Notes: generated by a model from the letters alone, not told the origin. A stretch of 34,441 bases of DNA from Candidatus Eiseniibacteriota bacterium (GCA_043819135.1 JBDRFG010000012.1:1-34441); one strand, 5' to 3'; positions 17,080 through 26,508 are shown, numbered from the stretch's first letter. Numbers and translations are program-made.

Positions 17080-18347
17080 TGAGGACTGCCGCACGAGCGC
17101 TCCTGGCGCTCTGCATTCTCGCCGCATGCCTGCCTCTTGAGACCGGCCCGGCGTCTGCCGGGAAGCCGAAGGGCAAGGCAGTGTCGCTGAGGGTGCTCCA
17201 GAGGAAGCTCGGGGAGTGTGAACCCGGAGGAACGTGCCCGGACGAGGTCCTTCATCTCGGCGGCATCACACGCATCGTCGGCTACGTGACTGACGATGAC
17301 ACAGGCGACGTCATACTGGTCGGCGAGACAGACGAGTCCGCCCCTCCCCTGCATCTACAGGATTTCATCGTCGCTCTGAAGAGCGCGCGTGGGGACTACG
17401 CCGAGCTGAGAGGCGGCATCTACTTCTACTCCAATCCCGGATGCTCGATAGACCCGAATCCGGACGTCATGATGGATCTCACCGAGGTGTCCGAGAGCAT
17501 CGACTCGGCGACCACCGAGGAAGAGGTCGCTCTTGGGATCCTGGACTGGTACAGCGCGTGCCGCGAGCCACAAGAGGTCAAGGTCTTCGGGGTGCCGTTC
17601 GACACACGATTCGCGAAGGTCATGGTCGACGCGGACTACGAAATGAAGCGGCTCGTCGACGGCTCGGATTCGCTGGACATCCGAGGCTTCCGGAGTCTGA
17701 CCGACATGTCGCTGGCCCAGGCGAGAAGGGACATGCTGGCGGATGATGATTCGGACCCGCTCTCGTCCCTGAACCGCTTCTGGTTCTACCCAGGGGAGGT
17801 GACCTACCGCGAGGATGAGGGCGTCAAGGTGATCGAACAGTGCCCCGTCGTTCTGCTCACCGAGGAGGAGTATCTCAGCAGCTCGGGGGAGTCCGTGGGG
17901 TCGGGACGCGCGGACGCTCTGGCCGCCGAGTTCGCGGGGGACTTCACGGACCACTACGACGAGATAGCGGATGAAAGACCCATCTATCGGGAGCTCGAGG
18001 GCCTGTTCAGCATGGTCGCTCTCTCGAAGCTGATGAAAGCCGACGGCGTTCTGACAGAAGCGCAGTTCGACCTGAGCTACCTGCTCGACAGGTACCGGGT
18101 TCCCGAGACGCCGGTCCCCAGAACTCTCACAGGTCACGCGAACGTGAAGGCTGTTGCTGTCCACATTGAAGGCTACATGCCGTCGAAGACGTGGCTCCCG
18201 AGTTGCGGTGGGGTGGGGATGGACATTCAGGCTACGGACGAGAACATCCTGCCCGATGTCACGGGCAGGCTCGAGAGGCTCGGAAACGCGGTTCTCCTCT
18301 CCAGGCCCGGAGCGAGTGTGCTCTCGTGGCAGTTCACGTCGGCGTGA
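17079..18347 (+). CDS. DUF1598-like secreted protein, 422 aa
   Basis: Signal peptide. Motifs VSLRVL, LGGITRI, DVILVG, LQDFIVAL, GCSIDP, VFGVPFDTRFAKVMVDADYEMK, RFWF, LLTEEE, FTDHYDEIA...PIYREL and a late GGV match my recollection of DUF1598. Confidence 0.75.
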   Translation: MRTAARALLALCILAACLPLETGPASAGKPKGKAVSLRVLQRKLGECEPGGTCPDEVLHLGGITRIVGYVTDDDTGDVILVGETDESAPPLHLQDFIVALKSARGDYAELRGGIYFYSNPGCSIDPNPDVMMDLTEVSESIDSATTEEEVALGILDWYSACREPQEVKVFGVPFDTRFAKVMVDADYEMKRLVDGSDSLDIRGFRSLTDMSLAQARRDMLADDDSDPLSSLNRFWFYPGEVTYREDEGVKVIEQCPVVLLTEEEYLSSSGESVGSGRADALAAEFAGDFTDHYDEIADERPIYRELEGLFSMVALSKLMKADGVLTEAQFDLSYLLDRYRVPETPVPRTLTGHANVKAVAVHIEGYMPSKTWLPSCGGVGMDIQATDENILPDVTGRLERLGNAVLLSRPGASVLSWQFTSA

Positions 18348-18425
18348 GTTGCGGTGCAGTCGACGTGACAGCCAAGCTCGTCGGGCTGCATACGCCAATT
18401 GGACTGCCGGCTGACTGCCGCCAGT

Positions 18426-19439
18426 TCACTTCACACTCGGCCATTTGGAGGCGAGTGCGAAGAGGACGATTCCGGCTCCGATGACGGAGCGCAGCGAGAT
18501 GAACGTCCGCTTCGAAAAGCCGCCAACGTAGAAGATCTCACCGGAGTCGTATGTAATGCCCAGAATCGTAAGCAGCAGGGCCCACAGCCATATTGAGTTC
18601 AGAAGAACTGGACCCGCCACGTCCACCAAGAGGGCCGCGGGAGACACGATGATGAATGCCAGGAGCAGAGCCCAAGCTGCGATCTTGAATCCGAACGTCC
18701 AGGCGTAGGTGAAAGCAATCATGCGTCGCTCAAAGGTCTCCTCGATCATGAAGACCAGCAGGGCACCGACTGCGAACACAAACGCGAAGAGCTGCTCGAC
18801 GCTCAAGCCCACGGTCGTTAGAACGCGGTTCAGGAGGAAGCCAAGCTCGAAGCTGAGTATCGCGCCGAGTCCACCCATGAGAAGCGATGTGCTGAGCACG
18901 TCGCGGTGATGCTCTGTGAGCAGCTGCCTGAGCCGAGTTGCCACATCGCCCGGTGTGCTGGAACGGAACACGAGCCTCGACCCTAGAGTGTTCATGTGGA
19001 CCACCAAGTCCTCCGCGTTGCCGAGAATCGTGATGCCGCTGGGCGTCGCGTCCACAATCGTCCGCCCGACGACCCGGCGCTTGGCACCTGCCACGTGCGC
19101 CGCGACCTCCAGAGGATCCTCTAATTCGAGCGCCGCCACCTCCGTCTCGAGGTTTCCTGGAAGCGCCGGCATCAGAAGACTCCTCAGACTGCCGATGGTC
19201 GGGCTGGGACCATGCAAGCACCACACTGGCAAGATCACCTCTCGCCTCTTCTCTGACGGAAGGGCCTCCCAGGCCAACCGGAGATCCCGCACGGCCGCTT
19301 TGAGAGGCATTGGGCCGCGAGACTCAGGCTCGTGCAGAGACGAGATCTCGAGGCGCCCCGCGCGACCGCGTGCCAGACCGCATAGCCAGTGGCGTGAGAC
19401 TTGGAGACCATTGCGCGTCACTCTGAGTTCCTCTTCCAT
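18426..19439 (-). CDS. Hypothetical polytopic membrane protein (soluble N-terminal half, about 5-6 C-terminal TM segments)
   Basis: Long ORF filling the gap, co-oriented with the upstream gene, with successive hydrophobic stretches. Start uncertain (ATG 19439, GTG 19448 or later). Confidence 0.65.
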   Translation of the reverse strand: MEEELRVTRNGLQVSRHWLCGLARGRAGRLEISSLHEPESRGPMPLKAAVRDLRLAWEALPSEKRREVILPVWCLHGPSPTIGSLRSLLMPALPGNLETEVAALELEDPLEVAAHVAGAKRRVVGRTIVDATPSGITILGNAEDLVVHMNTLGSRLVFRSSTPGDVATRLRQLLTEHHRDVLSTSLLMGGLGAILSFELGFLLNRVLTTVGLSVEQLFAFVFAVGALLVFMIEETFERRMIAFTYAWTFGFKIAAWALLLAFIIVSPAALLVDVAGPVLLNSIWLWALLLTILGITYDSGEIFYVGGFSKRTFISLRSVIGAGIVLFALASKWPSVK

Positions 19440-19477
19440 GGGCTGCACACGCTAGTTCGGATGCTGTCGCAGGTTCC

Positions 19478-21094
19478 CTACTTCGAGCGAGGTGCGAACG
19501 AGATCTCGCGAATCTTGTCGCGCTCAAGTTGCAGCAGAATGCCGGACTCCAGAGTGATTACGAGAACCTCCTCCTCCAACATCCCCAGAAGTGTGTCACC
19601 GTTCCAGAGGGCGATCTCGTCGACCTTGGACACGCCGCCCTCGAAGGTAATCCTGGAAATCTGTGACGTCTTGAGAGTGATGGTATCGTCGGACGTCCTC
19701 AGCGTCAGAGAAGGAGTCTGCACAGTCCCGGAGAGAATGGCGCCGCTAGTCAGAGCGAAGGCATCGAGGCTCGATGCTGCAGGGTCACGAGGTGCTTCGG
19801 GAGTCACATCCGTGAAGGCATCGAGGCCCGGCGCGGCAGGGTCATGAGGTACTTCGGAAGCCACATCCGTGGCCGGCCCCCGGCCACCAGAGGTCACTCG
19901 AAGACTGATGATCTTGTCCGGCGCCGTCACCGTGCCGTTGCGCGAACTGTCTCCTTTCTTGATCGAGTCGATCACATTCATGCCTTCAATCACCTCACCG
20001 AAGGCGGCGTACTTCCCATCCAAGTGTGGGGCATCTCCCAGCATGATGAAGAACTGGCTACCGCCGGAGTCGGGGTCCGACGCGCGAGCCATCGACACGA
20101 CGCCGCGCTTGTGATGCACCTCACGAGTGAACTCGCCCGGGATTGTGTAGCCGGGCCCGCCGACCCCCTCCTTGTGCTCCACATCCCCCGTCTGAGCCAT
20201 GAAACCACCAATCACACGGTGGAACGTCACGCCATCATACCTGCCTTCGTTGGCAAGATACGCGAAGTTGACCACTGTGTTCGGCGCAACGTCTTCCCAG
20301 AGCTTGATGCGAACAACGCCCTTCGTGGTCTCCATGAGTGCCGTCTTCTCACCCGGCGGCGGATAGGAAACCTGCTTTTCAAGGAGCGCATTTCCGTCGC
20401 TGTACTTCAGAGTGGCCTCACTGAAATGCAGATCCTCGAGGTTGGACCGGGCCCGATCGGTTAGGGCGTCATCCGCGGTTGATTCCGCGAGATAGCGCTC
20501 GACCTGCTCGATATTGGCGCGTGCGATGGTAGCTACCTCGCCCTCCGGCGCGATCTCGACGACGGTCTCCCACTCTCTCACCGCACCGGCCAGGTCATCG
20601 GCGTCCGCGTGCCACACAGCGAGATTGAAGTGTGCTTCCACGCAATTGGGATCAATGGCCAGCGCTTCCCGGTACATGCGAACCGCGTCAGCAGAACGCA
20701 GCATGACGTGGTACACCGACCCAAGGCTCGCGCGCGCCATCGCGCTGGAGGGATCGAGCCGCACTGCCCGTTGCAGTTCCCTCAGTGCTCGTTGGTGGTC
20801 CCCGCGGTCAGTGTACGCCGCTCCGAGGTTGATTCTAGCTCCAGCATGGAGGGAGTCGATCCGTATCGCTTCAAGGTACGCGTCGATCGCCTCGTCCAAC
20901 AAGCCGCTCTCGTAGTAGCTGTTCCCGAGCTCTATTCTCAACTCGGCATCATTGGGATGGGCGAGAACCTTCTCGTTCAGCCGGGCCGTCTCATGACTGG
21001 TTTCCGTCGCCTCGGCAGCGATCGACGCACACGCCAGGATTGCCAATAGGGTGAGCCCGAAACGCCCTCTTGTCGCCGCCCATGTGATTCGCAT
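19478..21094 (-). CDS. Secreted TPR-repeat plus cyclophilin-type peptidyl-prolyl isomerase with a C-terminal beta-rich tandem domain, 538 aa
   Basis: RBS GAGGAGG before the ATG at 21094; signal peptide; about 4 TPRs (ELGNSYY..G..DEAI, NLGAAY, SLGSVY, AHFNLA). Cyclophilin motifs FHRVIGGFMAQTGD, GGPGY, GVVSMAR, SQFFI and HLDGKYAAFGEV. Confidence 0.9.
   Translation of the reverse strand: MRITWAATRGRFGLTLLAILACASIAAEATETSHETARLNEKVLAHPNDAELRIELGNSYYESGLLDEAIDAYLEAIRIDSLHAGARINLGAAYTDRGDHQRALRELQRAVRLDPSSAMARASLGSVYHVMLRSADAVRMYREALAIDPNCVEAHFNLAVWHADADDLAGAVREWETVVEIAPEGEVATIARANIEQVERYLAESTADDALTDRARSNLEDLHFSEATLKYSDGNALLEKQVSYPPPGEKTALMETTKGVVRIKLWEDVAPNTVVNFAYLANEGRYDGVTFHRVIGGFMAQTGDVEHKEGVGGPGYTIPGEFTREVHHKRGVVSMARASDPDSGGSQFFIMLGDAPHLDGKYAAFGEVIEGMNVIDSIKKGDSSRNGTVTAPDKIISLRVTSGGRGPATDVASEVPHDPAAPGLDAFTDVTPEAPRDPAASSLDAFALTSGAILSGTVQTPSLTLRTSDDTITLKTSQISRITFEGGVSKVDEIALWNGDTLLGMLEEEVLVITLESGILLQLERDKIREISFAPRSK
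19757..19870. repeat. 57-bp tandem duplication encoding a 19-aa linker repeat
   Basis: Units 19757-19813 and 19814-19870 are 49/57 identical; they encode TDVASEVPHDPAAPGLDAF and TDVTPEAPRDPAASSLDAF. Confidence 0.9.
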
Positions 21095-21298
21095 CCCACT
21101 CCTCCTCAGCGGCTCTCCCGCACTTGCGCGAGTGTCCATCGGTCCCGTCGAGCACCCCTCTCTGCCAACATGAATGAGACACAGAGCCTACTCTAGTTTA
21201 GTGTAGAGGGCGAGCAGGGAGCTCGTTATGAATGTCGACTCAGGAGTGGTTCTCGAACGAGAGGTAGAGGTCTTGGCGAAGGCCGCGCGGCGCCCGAG

Positions 21299-21897
21299 AA
21301 GTCTCCCCTACTGGCTGAGGAGTGGATGCAGGACTACATGCCCGGCGCGAAGCTCGCGGGGAAGCTCAACCCGCGCGTGATGCCGGAGTTCATGACGGTG
21401 CGGGACGAGCCCACACGCGAGAGTTGGGAAGACACGAGGCTCGCCGGGTACAAGCTCGTCGACGACGAGGGCGTGCCGACCGAGGACGTGACGCTCGTGG
21501 AGGACGGTCGGCTGGTGGGGCTGCCGACGGGCCGCAGCCCGACCAAGAAGCTGACGGAATCCAACGGCGACGCCATCACGTTCCCAAACCAGTGGACCGA
21601 GAGCTTCGACGAGGGAGGCTCGGCGCTCTTGACCGGGCCGGTCGTGGCCTACAAGGTCTACGCCGATGGTGGTTGGATGGAGCCGGTGCGCGGTCTGGCG
21701 TTCGATGAACTGAGCATCGGACGCTGCGCGACATCTATGTGCTCGGCAAGGAGCCCGCGCTCACGAACAAGGGGCAGGCAGCAGGCCCGAGGATGTACTA
21801 CCGCATGGCCATCGTGACGCCGGACATTCTGGTGGAGGAGATGGAGTTCACGGTGAGTTCAGCGAGTGAGCCGGCGATGGTTGGGGGGCGGCCATAG
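21299..21897 (+). pseudogene. Copy B of the tldE-like 3' end, degenerate
   Basis: Starts at AAGTCTCCCCT. Carries a 156-bp internal deletion at 21588-21599 and a -1 frameshift near 21717 (AGCATCGGACG vs AGCATCCGGACG). The ancestral TAG is at 21895-21897. Confidence 0.92.
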
Positions 21898-22009
21898 GAC
21901 GGCAACCGAAGACTGATTCACTTCGCGCTGGGATCAGCATCAGCAGAGCTATGAACCGCAGGCTGCTTGTCGTGGACATCAGCCTTCGCGGGCTGTCGTG
22001 ACAGAGAGG

Positions 22010-23863
22010 CTAGTCCTGGCGACCATCCTTCGGCCTGCAGATGACCCGAAATCCGATGCTGGGCTTCTTGGTGTCACGCGGCTCCCAGGCCCTCGCACCG
22101 GCACGACAACGACCGAAGTCGCTCATGATGGAACCGCCGCGTAGCGGCTCCTTCCCAGCCTCGAAGGCCCCCTGCCATGCAGGGACTCCTTCCTCCCGCA
22201 TGCACCACTCAGCGACGTTCCCCAGCATGTCCTGCAACCCGATCACGTTTGGCTTCTTGAGTCCGACGGGGAACGCGCCGGATCCCACCTTGTTGCTCAG
22301 GAACCACGCGTGCTGCTTCAGCACGTAGTCGCACGATTCCAGGTTCTGCCTGCACCTCCGTCTGTCGGCCGGGTCCGCTGCGGAGACAGGGCCCTCCTCC
22401 GGGTCCAGTCCACCCCGACAGGCGATCTCCCACTCGCCCTCAGTCGGAAGAGAGTAGACGAAGTCCCGGTCCTGCTCGGTCAGGAGCCTGCAGAACTCGA
22501 TGGCTTCGTCGTAGGAGACGCTGTGCGCCGGGTAGTCAGTGCCACTGTGGTACTCCCACTGACGATCGACGTACGCCTGATACGTCTGCTGCGGCACTTC
22601 TGTCTTGCTGACGAAGAACGCCTGCTTGCGCAGAGAGAAGGGCGCCGGTTCGAGCAGCGGATCTCTGGCCTCCTCATCGGGCGGTGTTCCGACCAGATAG
22701 GAACCGCCGGGAATGTACACGAAGTCGAGGCCGACAACCTGCGGGGATGGACCGGGCGGCTGTACCTGGCGAGGGATCCGCCGCGGTGCGCCCATGGTCA
22801 AATTGGCGAGCCTGCCCGCTCCGGTCAGGCGCCTCGTCGGCAGGGGCTCCCACCTCCCTCCTCCCTTGAACATCGAGACGAAGTCTCCCAGCTTGAACGT
22901 GTAGCCGACCCTGACCGAAGTCACGTTCCGTCTGAACGTGAGGGACTCGTCCTGCCAGGGCAGCACCTCCTGGCTGATATTCCCGATCTTCTGGGTTCCA
23001 ATCCGCGCGTCAACGCTCAGCGACCCGAGGTTCCACAACCCCATTCTCAGGCCGCCCCCGACCTCGTAGTACCAGTACCCCGGATCCCAGTCCTCGTGCT
23101 CGAAACCTTCGAAGTCGAGGAGCCTTCGCTCCTCCAGGGCGTGGTCCCCCGCCCCCAGACCCAGCCACAACCTTCCGAGGACGATGCGGCAGTCTGCAAC
23201 GTAGTACCTGATCTGGTGAACTGAGTAGTAGGCGTCCTCGTCGCCGTCCAAGGTGGACCCGTGATAGCCGTAGCTGAGTCCGAGCTCCCACGAGTCCGTT
23301 CCCAAGGGAAACGACACGAAGAACCTGCTCATCAGGTTCTGTCCGGGCTCGAACCCGTCTGAAGAGAACTTGGTGTGCATGTCCCCTTCCGAGTCCGACT
23401 CGATCACATCGTCCAGCTCGAACCAGACGTCGCTCATCAGCTCGAAGCCCAGCTGCGCGCCGGGACGACCTCCCCGTCCCTCCTGCCACCGCCATCGATT
23501 GATCGTCGCGTTGAGACGTATGTCGAGATCCCCGTTGAGGTAGTTTCCCGCGTCCTCGAGTATCGGCCACGAGATGCGTCGGTTGTTCCCCGGGGGCAGC
23601 TTGCTGCCGTAGTCCCCGCGGATCGAACTGGGGCGGATCTCGTACGCCGTGGAGTCAGTGAAGACCGCCGACATGGAGATGTCGTACTCGCACTTCTGGC
23701 CACTCACCGGCGGGGCGAGGTTGTATAGTACGATGACGTCCTGTCCCTCCGCGGACACCCGTATGTCGGACACTCCCTGTGCCCCCGCGCCCACGGAGAA
23801 CACGAACTGGAACAAGATGGCCAGCAGAGACGCGCGAGTCAGTCTGTAGATGTCGGCATGCAT
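22010..23863 (-). CDS. Paralog of 2247-4073: secreted beta-barrel plus FGE-sulfatase domain protein, 617 aa
   Basis: Intact and colinear with 2247-4073, with the same FGE motifs (SLPTEGEWEIACRGG, GNVAEWC, RGGS, IGFRV). Start MHADIY aligns with MLTNIS. Confidence 0.85.
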   Translation of the reverse strand: MHADIYRLTRASLLAILFQFVFSVGAGAQGVSDIRVSAEGQDVIVLYNLAPPVSGQKCEYDISMSAVFTDSTAYEIRPSSIRGDYGSKLPPGNNRRISWPILEDAGNYLNGDLDIRLNATINRWRWQEGRGGRPGAQLGFELMSDVWFELDDVIESDSEGDMHTKFSSDGFEPGQNLMSRFFVSFPLGTDSWELGLSYGYHGSTLDGDEDAYYSVHQIRYYVADCRIVLGRLWLGLGAGDHALEERRLLDFEGFEHEDWDPGYWYYEVGGGLRMGLWNLGSLSVDARIGTQKIGNISQEVLPWQDESLTFRRNVTSVRVGYTFKLGDFVSMFKGGGRWEPLPTRRLTGAGRLANLTMGAPRRIPRQVQPPGPSPQVVGLDFVYIPGGSYLVGTPPDEEARDPLLEPAPFSLRKQAFFVSKTEVPQQTYQAYVDRQWEYHSGTDYPAHSVSYDEAIEFCRLLTEQDRDFVYSLPTEGEWEIACRGGLDPEEGPVSAADPADRRRCRQNLESCDYVLKQHAWFLSNKVGSGAFPVGLKKPNVIGLQDMLGNVAEWCMREEGVPAWQGAFEAGKEPLRGGSIMSDFGRCRAGARAWEPRDTKKPSIGFRVICRPKDGRQD

Positions 23864-23896
23864 GATCAGAACCATTCGTGTGAAGGGGATGCGATG

Positions 23897-24462
23897 TCAG
23901 TCGCCTTGCTTGCGTCGGCAGACGACACGGAAGCCCAGGCTCGTCTTCTTGCTCGCACGGGGCTCCATCGCCCGTGACCCGGCCCGACACCTCGCGTAGC
24001 TGCTGGTGAACGAACCGCCCCGTATCGGTTTCGACCCAAGATAGTCCTCGTACCGCTCCGGATGGCCGGGGTCACAACGGCACCACTCCGCCATGTTGCC
24101 ATGAACGTCGTACAGGCCGAGTTCGTTCGGTTCCAGCTCTGCCACGGCCCCGGGGCCAGGGGGAACCCGCTTGTGTCCGAGGAACCAAGCGAACTTCTGC
24201 ATGGCGAGACTCGCCGAGTCCAAGCCCAGAGCGAACCTGTCCTTGAACGGTCCCGTGATCCCCACCGGCCCGTTGGACGGAGGGAGACAGGCGCGACAGG
24301 CGATCTCCCACTCGTACGGTATCACTGACCGGAACGAGCGCTGAGTGACCTCGGTGCGGCTGATGTAGAACGCCTCAACGTGGACCTGTTCAACCTCGTG
24401 CTCGGTCATCGCGTCACGCCCGAACTCACCTTCGGGAGTGCCTATCTCGTAGCTGCCGCCGG
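23897..24462 (-). pseudogene. Truncated, internally deleted paralog of 4067-5479 (FGE domain only)
   Basis: Homology begins at GGSYEIG (24462); the TM anchor and spacer are missing. A 126-bp in-frame deletion at 24304-24313 removes the core PAHSI...LPTE segment. Confidence 0.88.
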
Positions 24463-24490
24463 TTGGGCAGCAGTGTTCATCGGTGGAGCG

Positions 24491-25363
24491 CTAGAAGACC
24501 TGGGCGATGCCTACGGTGAGCTGCATCCCCCCGAAGTCCAGTTCGACGGGACCGCCATCCTCGGTGGAGAAATAGCCTCCCCACTCGTCCCTCGCCCACC
24601 GGAGAACCTCTCCTTCGTTAATGCCCCACGCTTCGTAGGGAACGCCGTTCTCTGTTGTCCTGAACTCGTCGACCTCAAGCCTGTCGATCTGTGCTTTCCG
24701 GAACGTCGCGCACGCTGTCACCAACAGCTCATCCGTGAGATTCCACTCCGCTCCCAGACCGCAGTGGAATGCTCCCCCGCTCCCGGAGGTCTCAATGCGC
24801 TCGTCCAACACCACTTCGTATTCCCATCCGTCGTACTCAACATACCGGTCACGGCCGTAGAAGGCGTGTGCGAACGTGCCGTGGAGATAGCCCACGCCGG
24901 CAACAAGTCGCAGCGACACGCCCGTGTCTCCCAGTGGTAATCGGTAGATGCCATAGAGCGATGCCACGGTGGCCGTTGGAGCGTAGTCCGCATCGGCCTC
25001 TATCCACCACCACCCGTACTCGTCCTCAATGGAGATAAACCAGTCGTAGCCCCCGCCGCCGGAGAACCACACGAACTCCGCCCCGACGCCGAACCTGTCG
25101 CTGATCAGATACTCCGCGGAGAGGCCGCGGGTGAGCATTCCTTCTATGTGATCGGCGTTCCGGCCGGACTCGTCCTGCCGCCAGATGCCCCCCATGCCAG
25201 ATTCGTCGATCGTCATATTCAGGTCTTCCTGGCCACCCAGCCCCCTGCCCAGCAGGCCCCCGACTCGGAACCGCGCGAAGTCGTCTTGCGCCAGTGCCGG
25301 CCGCGCCCCGGCGGACAAGAGGATCGCGCACGCGACCGCCGCAATGACCACCCGCTGCAGCAT
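24491..25363 (-). CDS. Outer-membrane beta-barrel protein (OmpW/OmpA-barrel-like, long loops), 290 aa
   Basis: Signal peptide ending PALA-QDD. Amphipathic strands (GLSAEYL, FGVGAEF, SLYGIYRL, LRLVAGVGYL, FHCGLGAEWN) and a C-terminal strand ending in Phe (LTVGIAQVF). Confidence 0.8.
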   Translation of the reverse strand: MLQRVVIAAVACAILLSAGARPALAQDDFARFRVGGLLGRGLGGQEDLNMTIDESGMGGIWRQDESGRNADHIEGMLTRGLSAEYLISDRFGVGAEFVWFSGGGGYDWFISIEDEYGWWWIEADADYAPTATVASLYGIYRLPLGDTGVSLRLVAGVGYLHGTFAHAFYGRDRYVEYDGWEYEVVLDERIETSGSGGAFHCGLGAEWNLTDELLVTACATFRKAQIDRLEVDEFRTTENGVPYEAWGINEGEVLRWARDEWGGYFSTEDGGPVELDFGGMQLTVGIAQVF

Positions 25364-25677
25364 GCTTCCCCCGATCTCAGGACGCACCTGACCTGCTACT
25401 GTCCGACCACAGGTCGTGCCGTGCAAATCGCCGTCTAGGATAGGAAGGTGAATTCGGACTGGGCCGGATCGCCCTGCTCGCGCACGCGCCCGATGCTGGC
25501 TCCGAGCCCCGCAACATCGATACTACAATCGAGCAACGCCCGCAGACAAGCCCCTTCAGCGACACGTCACCACAGGCGGCGGCTGGCTCACACAGGAGGT
25601 GCTCTGTGGGCAGTAGGAGGTAGTCGTCTGTGCGGATTGCTGGTCCGCCAGCGAAGATGCCCGAGTGAACACCGGTG

Positions 25678-26433
25678 AAGTCTCCCCTATTGGCAGAGGA
25701 GTGGATGAAGGACTGCATGCCCGGCGCGAAGCTCGCTGGGAAGCTCAACCGCCGCGTGATGCCCGAGTTCATGACTGTGCGGGACGAGCCGACGCGCAAG
25801 AGCTGGGAGGGTCGGATGCTCGCCGGCTACAAGCTCGTCGACGACGAGGGCGTGCCGACCGAGAACGTGACGCTCGTGGAGGAAGGCCGGCTCGTGGGCC
25901 TGCCGACGAGCCGCGGGCCGACCAAGAAGCTGACGGAGTCCAACGGCCACGCCATCACGTTCCCGAACCAGTGGACCGTGCCTGCGGCGTCGAACCTGTT
26001 GGTCGAGTCCAAGAAGACGAAGAGCGACCTTGTTGGTGAGCTGCGGAACCTGGCGAAGGACTTCGACAGTGAGTTCGGGCTCCTGGTAACAAGGCTGGAC
26101 GTGCCGGAGATCTCGCAGCAGTACCAGTGGACCGAGAACTTCGACGAACCGGGCGGGGCACTGCTCACCGGGCCGGTCGTGGCCTACAAGGTCTACGCGG
26201 ATGACGGGCGGATGGAGCCTGTGCGAGGGCTGGCATTCGACGAGCTGAGCATCCGGACGCTGCGTGACATCTACGCACTGGGCAAGGAGCCCGCTCTCAC
26301 GAACATGGGCCAGTCGGTCGGCCCGGGCATGTACTACCGCATGGCCGTCGTGACGCCGGACATTCTGGTGGAGGAAATGGAGTTCACGGCGAGTTCAGCT
26401 GGTGAGCCGATGATGGTCGGGGAAAGGCCGTAG
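25678..26433 (+). pseudogene. Copy C of the tldE-like 3' end; frame intact but 5'-truncated
   Basis: 251 codons nearly identical to 1431-2183. Similarity extends about 6 bp upstream (CCGGTG vs CCGGTC) and then stops. No signal peptide or convincing RBS. Confidence 0.9.
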
Positions 26434-26461
26434 GGCGCAGACAGGACTCACATGGCGGCAA

Positions 26462-26508
26462 TCGAGCTGAGGGGGCGACCGACGGACGGTCGCCCCCTCT
26501 CAGTTCGA
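26462..26508. terminator. Strong hairpin downstream of copy C (terminator- or stabiliser-like)
   Basis: Perfect 13-bp stem GAGGGGGCGACCG (26469-26481) / CGGTCGCCCCCTC (26487-26499) with a 5-nt loop, extendable outward. No U-tract, so the function is uncertain. Confidence 0.55.

Larger units (their letters stand above)
1431..25677. mobile_element. Putative composite genomic island (two related units, 1431-21298 and 21299-25677) inserted inside the tldE-like gene; no integrase inside
   Basis: Bounded and subdivided by direct repeats of the target-gene 3' end that share one 5' breakpoint. Both units begin with the tldE 3' end followed by the same two convergent FGE genes. The mechanism is inferred. 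Confidence 0.55.

Noticed and set aside
2247..24462. Diversity-generating retroelement (FGE/CLec-fold genes with repeated 3' regions)
   Set aside because: No reverse transcriptase in the window. Differences between the FGE paralog 3' ends involve all four bases and are largely synonymous, not adenine-specific.
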